Counted from the stretch's first letter, positions 45,001 through 59,804 are shown. The stretch is DNA of 64,000 bases from the human T2T-CHM13v2.0 reference genome, Homo sapiens (GCF_009914755.1 NC_060929.1), one strand, 5' to 3'. The notes: generated by a model from the letters alone, not told the origin. Made by a program: numbers and translations.

Positions 45001-45689
45001 CTATTATACTTCACTGAAATTGAGTCAGATGGACTTTTCTTTGTTGTTGTTGTTGTTTTCAATTTTGTTGCTAGAGTCTCACATCAAATGTAAATTTTAA
45101 TTACATTCTTTTGTGAGACTCCTGGGGCAATGAATCATAATTCTGAACAATAATTTTCATTGTATAATGCTAGAGATGTAAATAAATAATGAAGAGGAAT
45201 GAGGTAAATGTGCTCTGAGTCCTGGACCAGAAATTCCCAAACTCTGTGGCAGCCACACATTCCGGAGGCATGGCTGATTCAATAAACAGTTTGTCTTTCT
45301 GAAATATATCCCACGTTTCAAGTATATGCACTTCTCTAATGGATAATGAATTATATATTCATTTGTAAGTGCTACATGTGGTCATGGCGTTTTCTTTTTT
45401 TTTTAGAAAACCTAGTTAAAAGTAAATTACTATAACGTAGTGAGAAGAACAGGCAGTAGTATTTTAAATTGATGATAAACTAATGTTTAGTGACTGTTAA
45501 TTACACATTAGATACTTTTCTAAATACTTGTGTTTTCTCATTTAAATTCTCATTGACATTATGGCATAGGTAGTTTCACTTCCATTTTACAATTAGAGAA
45601 AATGAGAGAGAGAAATGAATTATCTAGTCCAAGTTCATATAGACAGGTATTGGTAATTAAGGAGATGTTAAAAAAAATTTCTTCCTGCT

Positions 45690-47304
45690 AATCAATATCG
45701 TGAAAATGGCCATATGGCCCCAGGTAATTTATAGATTCAATGCCGTCCCCATCAAGCTACTAATGACTTTCTTTACAGAATTGGAAAAAACCACTTTAAA
45801 GTTCATATGGAACCAAAAAAGAGCCCACATTGCCAAGACAATCCTAAGGCAAAGGAACAAAGCTGGAGGCATCACGCTACCTGACTTCACACTATACTAC
45901 AAGGCTACAGTAACCAAAACAGCATGGTACTGGTACCAAAACAGATATATAGACCAATGGAACAGAACAGAGGCCTCAGAAGTAATACCACGCATCTACA
46001 ACCATCTGATCTTTGACAAATCTGACAAAAACAAGAAATGGGGAAAGGATTCCTTATTTAATAAATGGTGCTGGGAAAACTGGCTAGCCATATATAGAAG
46101 CTGAAACTGGATCCCTTCCTTACACCTTATACAAAAATTAACTCAAGATGAGTTAAAGACTTAAATGTTAGACCTAAAACCATAAAAACCCTGGAAGAAA
46201 ACCTAGGCAATACCATTCAGGACATAGGCATGGGCAAGGACTTCATGACTAAAACACCAAAAGCAATGGCAACAAAAGCCAAAATTGACAAATGGGATCT
46301 AATTAAACTAAAGAGCTTCTGCACAGCAAAAGAAACTATCATCAGAGTGAACAGGCAACCTACAGAATGGGAGAAAATTTTTGCAATCTACCCATCTGAC
46401 AAAGGGCTAATATCCAGAATCTACAAAGAACTCAAACACATTTACAAGAAAAAAACAACCCCATCAAAAAGTGGGTGAAGGATATGAACAGACACTTCTC
46501 AAAAGAAGACATCTATGCAGCCAACAGACACATGAAAAAATGCTCATCATCACTGGTCATCAGAGAAATGCAAATCAAAGCCACAATGAGATACCATCTC
46601 ATGCCAGTTAGAATGGCGATCATTAAAAAGTCAGGAAACAACAGGTGCTGGAGAGGATGTGGAGAAATAGGAACACTTTTACACGGTTGGTGGGAGTATA
46701 AATTAGTTCAACCATTGTGGAAGTCAGTGTGGTGATCCCTCAAGGATCTAGTGCTAGAAATACATTTGACCCAGCAATCCCTTTACTGGGTATACACCCA
46801 AAGGATTATAAGTCATGCTACTATAAAGACATATGCACATGTATGTTTATTGTGGCACTATTAACAATAGCAAAGACTTGAAACCAACCTAAATGTCCAT
46901 CAATGATAGACTGGATTAAGAAAATGTGGCACATATACACCATGGAATACTATGCAGCCATAAAAAAGGATGAGTTCATGTCCTTTGTAGGAACATGGAT
47001 GAAGCTGGAAACCATCATTCTCAGCAAACTATCGCAAGGACAAAAAACCAAACACCTTGTGTTCTCACTCATAGGTGGGAATTGAACAATGAGATCACTT
47101 GGACACAGGGCGGGGAACATCAGACACTGGGGCCTGTCAGGGGATGGGGGTCTGGGGGAGGGATAGCATTAGGAGAAATACCTAATGTAAATGATGGGTT
47201 GATGGGTGCAGCAAACCAACATGGCACATGTATACCTATGTATCAAACCCACACGTTGTGCACATGTACCCTAGAACTTAAAGTATAATAATAATAAAAA
47301 AAAA
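45690..47304 (+). mobile_element. L1PA5-7-type LINE-1, 5'-truncated
   Basis: ORF2 C-terminal fragments (ORFs 45700-46104, 46230-46478, 46475-46735, 46903-47085), 3' UTR and A tail. TSD aaatttcttcctgct (45675-45689) / aaatttcttcctact (47323-47337). Confidence 0.95.
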
Positions 47305-48169
47305 TTTGACACTCAGAAGAAGAAATTTCTTCCTACTTGAAAAATTTGGGACCCATTTCTCTAGATGACAGCATTAGTGAAAAAAAAAATCCCTAGGAGA
47401 CTTTGTTTTGGTCAATTGTCAGCTGCTCATGTTTGAGGAGATAGTAAATCTGGTGGATAATATGGAAAAATTGGTCTCAAGTTAGCTGTGGTTTATTCCA
47501 AGTTGGTATGACAGAGAGGTCTGTTTATTGGTCTGTGATAATCAGAAGATGCATGTCGATGGGCAATATAACTGTGTCACAGGGAGTGTGTCTGCTTAGT
47601 ATTCCTTGGGAATAGCTGCTTTTAGCCTTTTTTGAGGTTTTCAGCACTGTAGCAGCCATAGTCCCTGGGGTCTCTGCAGAATCCAGGCACTTGTTTGCCA
47701 GGCAGACCTGAAATAACTGTTATTTATTTATAGCCTCTGGCACTGTCTGAAACATTCTGCAACACAACTAGGTTAACAACTTCAAGTTAATGTAAACACT
47801 CCAAAAATGAAAGCACCACTGCTGAACTGCAAATATGGCCAGGCAAAGAAGAGGAATGGGAAAAGGTGAAGGCACAGGCTACACACAGACTCCAGAGTCC
47901 CTGGGACATTCTCTTAGGGGGAGTTTGCAACAGATGGGTTGTTGGTGGTGACTGTTGGATGCTATGAGGGTGTCCACTGTAGTCTTGTGGCTCTCACCAT
48001 TTGGATATAGCAATTATAGGTGAAGGGAGTGGGACTAAGAGACAAAATTTTATGACAGAATATTCTACTCAAAATTTTGAGCCACTGCTTAACATTCTGC
48101 AACTCACGCAATGTAAATACCAGTCCTTGCAAATGGACTTCATCATCAGCTATCATCTGAGCTATACAT

Positions 48170-48386
<217 letters not shown>

Positions 48387-48393
48387 CACTCTA

Positions 48394-48700
48394 TTATTTT
48401 TATTTTATTTTTATTTTTTTGAGACAGGGTCTTGCTCTGTCACCCAGGCTGAAGTGCAGTGGCATGATCATATCTCACTGCAGCTTTGAACTCCTGAGCT
48501 CATGAAATCCTCCTGCATCAGCCTTCTGAGTAGCTGGGACTACAGGCATACACCATCATGCCAGGCTAATTTTTTAATTTTTTTGCAGAGACCAGGTCTC
48601 CCTATGTTGTCCAGGCTGGTGTCCTCAAGCAGTCCTCCTGCCTCAGCCTGCCAAAATCCTAGGATTACAGGATTACAGGCATGAGCAACCATGTCTGGCT
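48394..48700 (-). mobile_element. AluJ
   Basis: 'gagacagggtcttgctctgtcacccaggct...atcatatctcactgcagctttgaactcctgagctca'. Confidence 0.9.
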
Positions 48701-48995
48701 GACAATCCATTCTTTACTTAGGCCATTTCAGCTACAGGACCACTTGATGTTCCTTGAACATGCCTAGCATGTTTTCACCTGGGTACTTTACTTACTGTCC
48801 CCTTTGCCTGATATTGGCATGGCTCACTCCCTTATTTATTTCAGATGTTTGCTCAGATGTCACCTTGTCAAAGAAGTACTTCTAACCACCTGTTCCACTT
48901 ATCTATTTCTACATATGAAACTTTTCCCAAACACAGTAGCTTAAAATAACAACCATTTTTATTTTAGATCACAATTTGGGTTAGGGCTTTGCTAG

Positions 48996-49298
<303 letters not shown>

Positions 49299-49441
49299 TG
49301 AATCTTCTATTGCAAAGCATCGGGCAGCAGGTACTTAGTGTTATTCAGTGGTGGATGAGCTCCAAGGGAAGCACCACTCCCATGCCTGGCACCATAGCAG
49401 GGATGAACGGAAGGCTGGCCTCAGCTTTGATTGTCTTACAG

Positions 49442-50014
49442 TGTATTTATTGTCTGTTGCAAACTACTCCCCCAAATGAGTAGCTTAGTATGACAAAAAT
49501 TATTATCTCACAGTTTCTGTTGGTCAAGAATCCAGGTCTCTCAGCTAGATCCTCTGGCTCAGCAGCTCTCACAAGGCTGCAATCAAGGTGTTTGCTGAGG
49601 TTGCAGTCATCTCAAGTCTTGGCTTAGAAAGGACCAACTTCCAAACTTACTCATGTTGCCGTCAGCAGGTCTTATGTCCTTGGTGGTTGTTGGCTGGAGA
49701 CATTAGTTTCTTGTCACGTGGGCCTCTTGATAGGTTTACCAACAACATGGCATCTTGCATTCCCCAGAGTGAGGGATCTTAGGGAGAAGGAAAGAGAAAG
49801 AGAGAGAGGGGGACAGAGAGAGGCCAAGCAAGACAGAAAATACAGTTTTTTTGTAACGTATGCTTGGAAGTGATATTCCAATACATAGGTGGTATTCTCT
49901 GCATTAGAATAAAATCACTAGGTCCAGCCCATACTCAAGCGGAAGAGGCTACACAGTATATGAATATCAGAGAGGGCGGGTCATTGGGAGCCATTTTAGA
50001 TGCTGCCTATCACA
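49442..50014 (-). mobile_element. MLT1F-like MaLR LTR
   Basis: 'attatctcacagtttctgttggtcaagaatccagg...ctctcacaaggctgcaatcaaggtg...gggagccattttagatgctgcctatcaca'. Confidence 0.75.
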
Positions 50015-50339
50015 ACCAATGTGTCTGTCTACACGTGACATCTCCAGCTTGGTGCTCTCAGGGGTCCCGGGGAGAGTATTCCAGGAGAACTTCCTTTAGC
50101 AGAAGTTGCAAGAATTCTTATGTTCTAGCTTCAGAAGTCTCAGAACATCACTTTCACTGCATCCTATCGGTCAACTTAAAACTCACTAGGAGCAGCCAGA
50201 TTCAAGGGGAAGGGAATCAGATTCAACCTGTCAGTGTAAGGAGTGTCGAAGAGTTTGCCATCATCCTTCATTTACCACACTGGTCTACATAATATCATAT
50301 GCCTCCCCCGACTACGCACCAATTGTTTCCCTTACATCA

Positions 50340-50998
50340 CCTTTTTATTACAGCCCATATATTCTTAAAAATTTGTTTATATCTAACAACTAGAAAGCGA
50401 GCTCCCTGAAGTCAGAAAAATCTGCTTTTTTTTTTTCCTCCCACTGTTCTAATCCCCAGGATTTAGAGCAGTGCCTGACACAGAATATGTTTTTAATAAA
50501 TACTTAGTACAATTATTTGGGCTTTTGTCAGGCCTTTCATGATCTAGACCCTGTGGACTTTGCCAACCCTTTTCTCTAGGTCAATATTGTCTGGCTCCAT
50601 TGACCTTTTTTGTTGTCATTCTTCCTAAAACATGTGAAGTTTTTTCCTCTTTTAAATTCTCACAGTGTTTGCCTCAGCTGTCCCAATTTTTACTTGATTT
50701 TGGAAGGACTGGATGCTTTTTATTACTTAGGTATAAGTTTAAATGGGACACCTCAGGAAGTGCTATATTAGGTGTCTGGCCATTTTCCATCTTTTCTCTA
50801 GTTTTATTTTCTTCGTAGCACTTAACAACTAACTAATAGTTTCTGGTATATCTGCCCCCTTTGTTTTTTTGCCCCACTGAAAAATAAATTCTGTGAATTT
50901 AGGGGCCTTGGCTGTCATGTTGAAAGCTCTATCCTTTAGCACCCAAAACAGTATCTGACTCATTGTAGGCCCTCGATCTATTTTTGTTGAATGAAACA
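50340..50998 (+). mobile_element. L2 3' fragments (at least two)
   Basis: 'ctagaaagcgagctccctgaag...ttagagcagtgcctgacacag..aataaatactt' and 'ttagcacccaaaacagtatctgactcattgtaggccctcgatctatttttgttgaatgaa'. Confidence 0.7.
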
Positions 50999-51081
50999 AA
51001 TATATTGATAATCAGTGCTTTAAAATTCTGGCTTTCTTAACATTTCTTTTTCTCACACAATTTAGTTAAAATCCAATGCCT

Positions 51082-51752
51082 ATAAGTCTCCTTTTTGTCA
51101 TCACCCCCCACCCATTTATTGCTGTAGTCATGAAATCACTGAATGTCATTACACCTCTTTTATTAATGACAGTAAAATACCTACTCAAGATGAGCTTAAT
51201 GGCCTGGAAGTAATGGCAAGAGTATGCAAACCAGAGGGCTGCCAGTTGGTCAACAGGGCTGGTATATTATTACAGAGAGCCTTATCCCCACAGCAGTAAA
51301 TCAGGTTCTGCACTTGCTTGTAGCCCCGTCATGTGAGTTGAGAATTAAAGGTTGGGAGAGTTTGAAGAAAACACCTGAAGACTAAAATCCTTTTAAAAGG
51401 TGTATATGTGAATTGGTAGAAGGTAAAATAAAGAGAAACATTTAGTGTACATAGACTACAATTAGACCCTCCCAAATTTTCAAAAGATAGAGACATCTTC
51501 TTGATTTAAATTGTTCTAAGAAAACATTTTTGCTATTTTAAGTATGTAAGGGAAGAGAGGAGTGTTTTTAAGTTTTTATAGTTGATGACTTTATGGTAGC
51601 ACAAACAAAAACTCCTTTGTATCTGACTTTTCTCAATCCCCACTTCAGGTGCTTTACTAATGGGAATGATTTCTATATGTTCCCTTGGTACCAAGAGGCA
51701 CTATGCAAAGTAACCTATGACACCAAGTTACTTGCTTGCTAAAAAATAAAAT
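51082..51752 (+). pseudogene. Candidate 5'-truncated retrocopy of an unidentified mRNA
   Basis: Non-repeat-like sequence ending in an A-rich tail (51741-51752), flanked by aaaatccaatgcct (51068-51081, after TT) and aaaatccatgtct (51753-51765). Parent not recognised. Confidence 0.4.
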
Positions 51753-52340
51753 AAAATCCATGTCTTTGTTTGTCCCTTTTTATTCCTCAGCTACAAAGCC
51801 ATTTTTGGGGGGAAGACAATACAGATATCAAAATATTATTCCTTCTGTCACCCCAAGGCATAGGAAAAAGTGATGACATCAGCATCTTTGGAAAATTCTT
51901 GATTCCCTGGATAAACTTGTTCAAATGACTGTGGGAGAACTGGTCAGGTAAAAGAGATTCAGCAAAGGCTCATGTCTGTTAGTCACTGGCAATGTAGGAA
52001 ACATGACCACTTTGACCTAGTTTGTTTTAGACAGTTATATCCCCCTTGACGGATCCAAATGCCTTTTTAAGCATACCTCATTTCTAGTACCACTATTAGC
52101 CAGAAAACCATGCATGTTGAAAAATAACTTTAAGTCAGGTCTAATTTTTCAAAAAAAGAAAAGATTAAATGATTGAAGAATCTAATGGATCAAAAGAAGA
52201 TAGTTCATGAATTCCAGCCTCAGATCACTGGATTCTGTCCAGCTGCCTCCTTTCTCCAATTGGGATTGTAGAATATTTAATGAGAGAGCTGTCTGAACTG
52301 GGAGCTTGTCTAGTGCTACATCTTTACAATGACAAGTAAT

Positions 52341-52412
52341 TATATATATATGTGTGTGTGTATGTATATATATACATATGCATAATTCATATATATGTAT
52401 TGATTTATATAC
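52341..52412. repeat. (TA)n/(TG)n low-complexity microsatellite
   Basis: Directly visible. Confidence 0.9.
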
Positions 52413-54519
52413 ATATTTGGAGAAATCAATCATGTATTTTATTAGCATAATAACCAATATCATAGGGTTTATTGAGTGATGAACATAGCCTTGAACCTTA
52501 CTGATATGAATATGAAGTTGAACACATTGGCAGTTCATACAGGTAAACATGTTTTGACTTAGGGTATATTTTAGTGGGTAAATAGTGTCAGAACTTATTG
52601 ACTAGAATTGCATTTAGAAGGTAGCCTTGTGCTTTGTTAAGAATAGCTTTTTCATCCTTTTCAAGGAGGTAGTAAATCTTTCACTCTCCTGATCTTTCTC
52701 ATTTCTAAATTCCAATCTTCTGCCTAAATTTTCCTTCAAAGTCTGTGTGAAAGTGACAAATTGTAGGATGGCTCTTAGAAGGCAATAAGATTGTGGCAGG
52801 AAAATCATTGAACCAGCAGGTAAAAGTCTTTTTTTTTTTTTTTTTTTTTTTTGGTATGTTTCCCAGCTTTATCTTTTGATGACTTTTGGCAACTCATTTA
52901 AGTAATCTTTTTTTCTTTCACATTAATACATTTTAAAAATTACTGTGAGGTTAAAAGAAAAGTTATGTGAGAACATGTTTTAAAAAAAATGTAATTCCAC
53001 AGGAAAATAGGTATTATTATTTTGTCCATGTGTGTTTATGTACATGTAGTGTCTGCTTATAGATGCAGCTACAAGTGCTCTTGGAGACAGAAATAAGATG
53101 CTAAATTTAAAAATACCATCCTTTCCATAATGGAACTTACCATATATATGACTAACTGTTCCATATGACCCAGTGTTTTAAGTGCTATATTCAAGGTAAA
53201 AATAAAACCTTGAAGAGGAGAGCAGATCAATCCGGGCTGCTTGGAGGTAGTAAAATATATTTTCTGAGTGGAGTTGGCAGTAAGTAATTATGTTCAGATT
53301 AAGGGGGGCAGTGTAAATAATGGAATAATAATGATCTTTTACCAGATCATAAACTTGTAAAGGAAGGGTCCAAGGTGTAAGGTTGTATTACAATGTCTGG
53401 AAAATAGTAGATACTTTACAAATGGTTGGGAATGAATGAATGAGAGTGTAATTAAGGAACAATGAATATTTTGATGTATTTAGATAAAGCTGGAAAGGAA
53501 GATGGGTATGATGTCGTGTCTTCTGAATAATCTAGGCTTCCTTTTCTTCCTCTCTTTTTGATTAAGACATTTTTATAATGCTTGTAATGGTGAACTGATG
53601 GTAATAATTCCCACAAACATTTGAAGCATTTTCTATTTTCTCCATTTCACAAGTCAGGGTAATAAGAGTTAGGTTAAGTAATTGGCCTGAGGCCATAATG
53701 CTAGTAGTGGCAGGGCTTTCATGTAAGAGGAGACACAGGCAGAAGCCTGCAGTAATTCATTCCTTTATGTTACTTTCACTCTGAAGGGCTTTTAGATCTT
53801 GAATCTAAGTCTTGCAGATGATCTTGCGGGGTTATCTATTAAGTGAGTGAACTACTGTATTTAAAAACATTGACAACACAGAATTCCTCTGAATCACAAA
53901 AAATGACTGCATTTGGAATGTCAGATGTTCAGGGGCTCCAATTTAATATTTATTGCTATCCTTCCATTTATATTTTAAAGATAAAGGAAAAAAAGTGTTT
54001 CTTGATGTAATCTTGGACCACCATGTTGTCTTTAATGACCTTACTTTAAAATCTCACAAAATGAGGAGAAGTAAGATGCTCCATGACAGATTAAAATCCC
54101 TATTCTTTCAAGCCAGTGGTACATTTTAGAAGAGTAAAGGAAGCATCCCCCTGCTGCTGTCTTATTGATAATCCACCAAAATAGAATGCTGTCAGCATCT
54201 GTGTATCTGCTCATTTCATAATCAACACTATCACCTTCATCATAGTCCTAACAAGAGTTTACTTAGGGCTTTATTCTGTAACAGATACCCTGCTAAGCAC
54301 TTTAAATGCATTATATGGTTATGTGTGCACAACAGCCTATGAGGTTACAGAATCTGGGAGGAGACTTGGACTTACACAAGCATACTCTGTAGGTTAGATT
54401 GTGATAGTGAGTTAATTAGTCAGGTGGATGCTGAGAGACAGCAAGACCAGACGCAATACATTTTAGCAAAGCTTCCCACGTTTCCCAGAGTCCCTAACTG
54501 GGGATCTATGTTCATAATG

Positions 54520-57500
54520 GTCTGTCTAACCAAAGATAAAGAGAATATTTACAAAATAGCTAAGAAAAATATACACATTACTTTCAGAAGTATAACAACA
54601 AGAGTGATGAATGGATAGTCAGCACAAATGAAGTAAGCCAGAAGACATTAACATTTGTCTCTAAATTGATGGCAAGAAATAATATACAACCTCAAAAACT
54701 CAATGTGAAGAAAATAACAATATCAGGACTGAAAAAGGAACTCATTGTCGGGAGATTCACAGTAGAAGAAAAATTTAGGGGTGTTCTTCAGGCAGAAGGA
54801 AAATAATTCCTAATAAAAATATAAAATTTAGAAAGTAATGAAGAACAATGAAAGTAAATATGTGGGTAAACCTAAATGTATATTCACTTAAAAATAATAA
54901 ATATAATGAATTAAAATAAATTAGAATTATACAAAATTTTGGAGAGGAGTTAATATATTTACAGTGTTCTAAAACCCTTGCATTGTCCTGGTAATTGCAA
55001 AAGTACTCATTTATAGTAGAACTTAAGAGTCAACTATGGTAGTATAATCTTTAGGGTAACATTTACAAATAATAAAATAAGGTATAACTAACAAGGAAAT
55101 CATGAGTGAAAATAAAACTAAATATTGTTGGTTACTTCAAAAGGCAAGAGAGGAGGCAAAATGAATAAAAAAACAGATGGGACCTTTAGAAAACAAAAAA
55201 CAAGGTAGTAGATAAACCGAAATATATTAATAGTCACATTAAATGTAAATGAACTAAAAAACCCAAGTAAAACAAGTATTCTTAGTCTAGATGTAAAAAA
55301 AAAAACCTGAATATATACTTTTTATAAGGGATATAGCATAAAAATAATAACAGAGAAATACTGAAAGGATTAAAAATCAGACAGAAGAGGTAAATACTAT
55401 ATCTGACAATACTTGCATATTTATACGAACATCAGGAAAGTAGATCATGAGAAAAAGAATATGGCTGGCTGTGCACAGGCATTTCATAATGATAAATGGA
55501 TAAATTTACTATGAAAATGTAACAATTCTATTTATATAAAATAACATAAGTAAATAAAGCAAACCTAATGAACCTAATATTAAAAAATAGTTAACTTTAT
55601 AAGTTGTATTTGAAGATTTTAATGAACCTTTCTTACCTGATATAATAGACAAAAAATTAGCAGACACATAGAAAATTTTAGCAACTCACATGACCTAATT
55701 GACACATGTAGAACACTGTGTCAACATCTGTATTTCAAATGCACATAAAATAGACCATATGTTGGATCCTAAAGCAAATCTTTAAGTTCCAAACATTGGA
55801 GTCATACACAGTGTGCTCTCCTCCAGAGTGAAATTAGTGGGAGATCAATAACAAAAAGCTATCTTTGATAATATAGCTTACACTTCTAAATAATTCATGG
55901 GTCAAAGAAGAAATAAAAGCAAAATTTGGAAAACATTTAAACTAAATCATAAAAATACCATTTACTCAAACATGTGGGGTGTGGCTACAGTCATAATTAC
56001 AGGGAAATGTATTGCCTTAAAATGTGTATATTAAAAAAGAAAAAGACCTAAAAAGGCAATGATTTTATTATCCAATTTAATAGCAAAACTAGAGAAACAA
56101 CAAATGATGTGTGTTACACAGAAAACAAAATGTTGTGAGAAATTAAAGACTTCAATAAATGGAGGGTTATACCATATTGATGGAATAAAAGACAGTATTG
56201 CAAAAATGTCAATTTCTATCAAAATAATTTAGGAGTGCAATGCAATTTCAGTGAAAATATCCATAAGTTATATTTTCTTGTGGAAATTGATAAGTGATTC
56301 TTAGGTATATGTGGAAATGCAAAAGACTAAAATAGCCAAAGAGTTATCGAATACAAAGAACAAAATTCGAGGGCTTATTCCATCAGATATTAAGACTTGT
56401 GAAACTACAGTAATTAAGGCATGTGTTATTGACACAAGGATAGACAAATAGAATAGAGTCTAGTAATAGATCCATGCATAAAGGATTAATTGAGTTATTA
56501 AAAAGATGTCACTGCAGTGCACTGAGGATGAGTGTTCTTTTCAATAAGCAGTGCTGGATCAATAGGAAGTCTAACTGGAAAATAGTAATTCTGATTCCTC
56601 ATTGGCACCATATAAAAATAAATTTGGATGGTGGACCCCGTTTGAAAGGCAAAATAATAAAGATTTTAGAAAATAGCATAGTTCACTTTTTGAACTTCAG
56701 AGAAGAAAAAAATTCGTAAAGAAAACATAGAACACACTAACCATGCAGAAAAATAAGGAATTATTGATGAACTGAATTTCTGTAAAATTATTAAGAGCTG
56801 TTTAAGGACTCAAGAGAGTGAAAAAGCAAACCACAGGCTATAAATAATTTGCGATATGAATATCTCACAGAAGACTTACATCTGCTATGTAAAGAGAGCT
56901 CTTTAAATTAAAAAAAAAAAACCAAGAGGATGAATAAATTTAATAATGGCCAAATGACTTCAATGGCTATGTCACCAGTGGCCAATAAATATGAAAGTGC
57001 ATTTAACTTTATTAGTCACCAGGGAAGTAGGAAATTATAATTACAACACAAAACCACTTTATACCCACTAGATTGCTAAAACTGCCCAGTGCTGCAGAGA
57101 GTGAGAAGCAGTTCGAACCCTCATATATTGGTGGAAGGTATGTAACTTGGTATAACCATTTTGGAAAACTCATCTAGCAATTCCACAACTTGGTCTAATC
57201 CTATGAGAAATGCATATGCATGTTTACCAAGACATATGTAAAAATGATCATAAAAGCACCCTTGGTAATCTCCTAAACCAGTGGTCTACAACCTTTTTGG
57301 CACCAGGGACCAGTTTTATGGAAGACAATTTTTCCATGGATGGGGTGAGGTGGGAAGTGGGGGCTGGGAGGATGGTTTCGGGATGAAACTGTTCCACCTC
57401 AGATCATCATGCGTTAGTTAGATTCTCATAAGGAGCGCACAACCTAGATCCCTCTCATGCCCAGTTCACAATAAGGTTTGCATGCCTATGAGAGTCTGTT

Positions 57501-58020
57501 GCCACTACAGGAGGCAGAGCACAGGTGGTAATGCTCGCTTGCCTGTCACTCACCTGCTGTGTGTCCAGGTACCAGTCCATGGCCCAGGGGCTGAGGACCC
57601 AGTCCCAAATGACAAAGATCCCAAGTGTTCATCAACAGTGAAATAACTTGTGACATACTTATCAAATGTACTTATGTATCACAATGACAATGAATAAAAT
57701 ACCCCTACATGCAGCAGTATAGATGATATCAAACATAATGTTGTGTGAATAAAGCAGTCACAAAAGAGTAAATACTATATGAGTCTACTTACATACATTC
57801 AAGTAAGATGTATAGTAATCTTCGGTGCTAGATTTGGAATAGTGGTTCACTTGCGGGAGGAAATGGGAAGCAGCATAAGGGAGCTTCTGGGGTGACAGCA
57901 ACTTTTTTATTTTTCAGTCTGGGAGGGGGTTATGTGGTCATTTTACAAACATTCCTCAAACTATACATGTACGATTTATGTGCTTTTTGTATTTATTATA
58001 TATCAATAAAAATCTAAAAG
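54520..58020 (+). mobile_element. Ancient L1 (L1M5/L1ME-type): ORF1-ORF2-3' UTR remnants with deletions
   Basis: A-rich + strand with 'gtcacattaaatgtaaatgaactaaa', 'cacttctaaataattcatgggtcaaagaagaaat', 'tgtggaaattgataagtgattc', 'aacttggtataaccattttggaaaac', terminal 'tatatcaataaaaatctaaaa'. Confidence 0.8.
57279..57602 (+). mobile_element. MER1B (hAT-Charlie) inserted in the old L1
   Basis: 'cagtggtctacaacctttttggcaccagggaccagttttatggaagacaatttttcc...gatggtttcgggatgaaactgttccacctcagatcatca'. 8-bp TSD tcctaaac / tcccaaat. Confidence 0.9.
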
Positions 58021-59489
58021 CTGTAAGAATTTTAAAAGTCTTTTGGAGAAAGCTAAAGGAAAAAGCTTAATTAAGAATCAAACTTTCTAAATTGCATAAG
58101 ATATGATGAGGTTTCCATTTAATGGATGCGTTGGTTCAGTGGCCTCCCTGTTCCATTATCATATGGCCTTTCTGACCCTACCTTGGTGACCCTTGCAGAG
58201 GTGACTTAATCTTCTTAAGAAGCAGTTTCTTTAAATACAGATTTTACTTCTATATTTAAATCAACTGTGCTGAACAAAAGAGATGGATTAATTGATGCTT
58301 TAAAATCCTATGAAAATGCTAAATCCCAGCAAATGAAATCTACATCTTAAACAATCAATTTTCGCAAGAGAATGTATAAGCTCAGGAAGAAACAGACTGG
58401 GAAATTCAGCTGGTGTTCTGTATAAATACAATTTTAAAATACCTCCAGTTTCTTCATGCTATGCCATCTGCCGAATGGCTCTTGGAATGGAATTTTAATC
58501 TCTAATTGCAAATGCAGGGATTAAAAAGGTTACATTCCAAATGTGCTAGGAGACCAACTAACAATTCAGAAAGGGGAAAAAGTCTGTATCTGCAGGTTTT
58601 GCTGGCATAGATGTTTTCTGGAAATGATAACCTGACACAAGGTCTTTCACAGTCAGAAGTGGAAAAGGAAAATAATCTGCCTTGATTGGGTCTGAACTGT
58701 CTGGACCTTGTTAAACTCCAGCTGCTTTTGACTACGGAATCAGAGCAAGAGTGGACAACTTCACTCTTTCAATTTCTTAGAAATTAGAGCATCATTTTAC
58801 CTGTCACTGAAACAATTAGAGCAAAGTAAAAAGCATATGCCATACTTTTTGCTTGGGGGATACCCAGGGTAGATTCAGTTAAATGAAGACATTGAAAAGA
58901 GTCACAATTGAAGATGGTAAATTCTATGCAAAAATATAAAATCTACAAACAAAATTACAAACTGATACCCATGCTTCTAAGTTGAGTAGAAATTTATAAA
59001 AAGGTTTTATCTTAATTTTTAGTTTGACGTGTAGACATAGTCATCATGTCTCTTTCCTTCTGAACTTTCTTTCTTCCTGCTCCTTCCCCCAGGCCTTCTG
59101 CTCCTCTGTAGATGATACATTAAAATGTGCACACCGTGCTTGTACCCTCTCCTGTGGGTACTTTGCCTGTACTGTATCTCTTACTTGGACTGGCAAGCCA
59201 AATCATTTTCTATGATGTCTTTGACAAGGTGGAGGGTCATTATGAAATAGGATTGTACATACTTCTGTACTCTTTAACACAGAAACTTGAACTTGATTTT
59301 ATTGTTCTTCAGTTGATTTACATGTAAATCTTTGGTCTGCTCAACTCCAGATCACAGCCCATGACTTCTTGTTTAATTTTCCCTAATAAAAGAGAGATTA
59401 CAGGAGAATTATAAAATAAATGCCTTTTAAAAATTCTACAAAAAGGCGATTTAAAAATTATAATATGTAACATTGTTTTTGTAATATAA

Positions 59490-59804
<315 letters not shown>

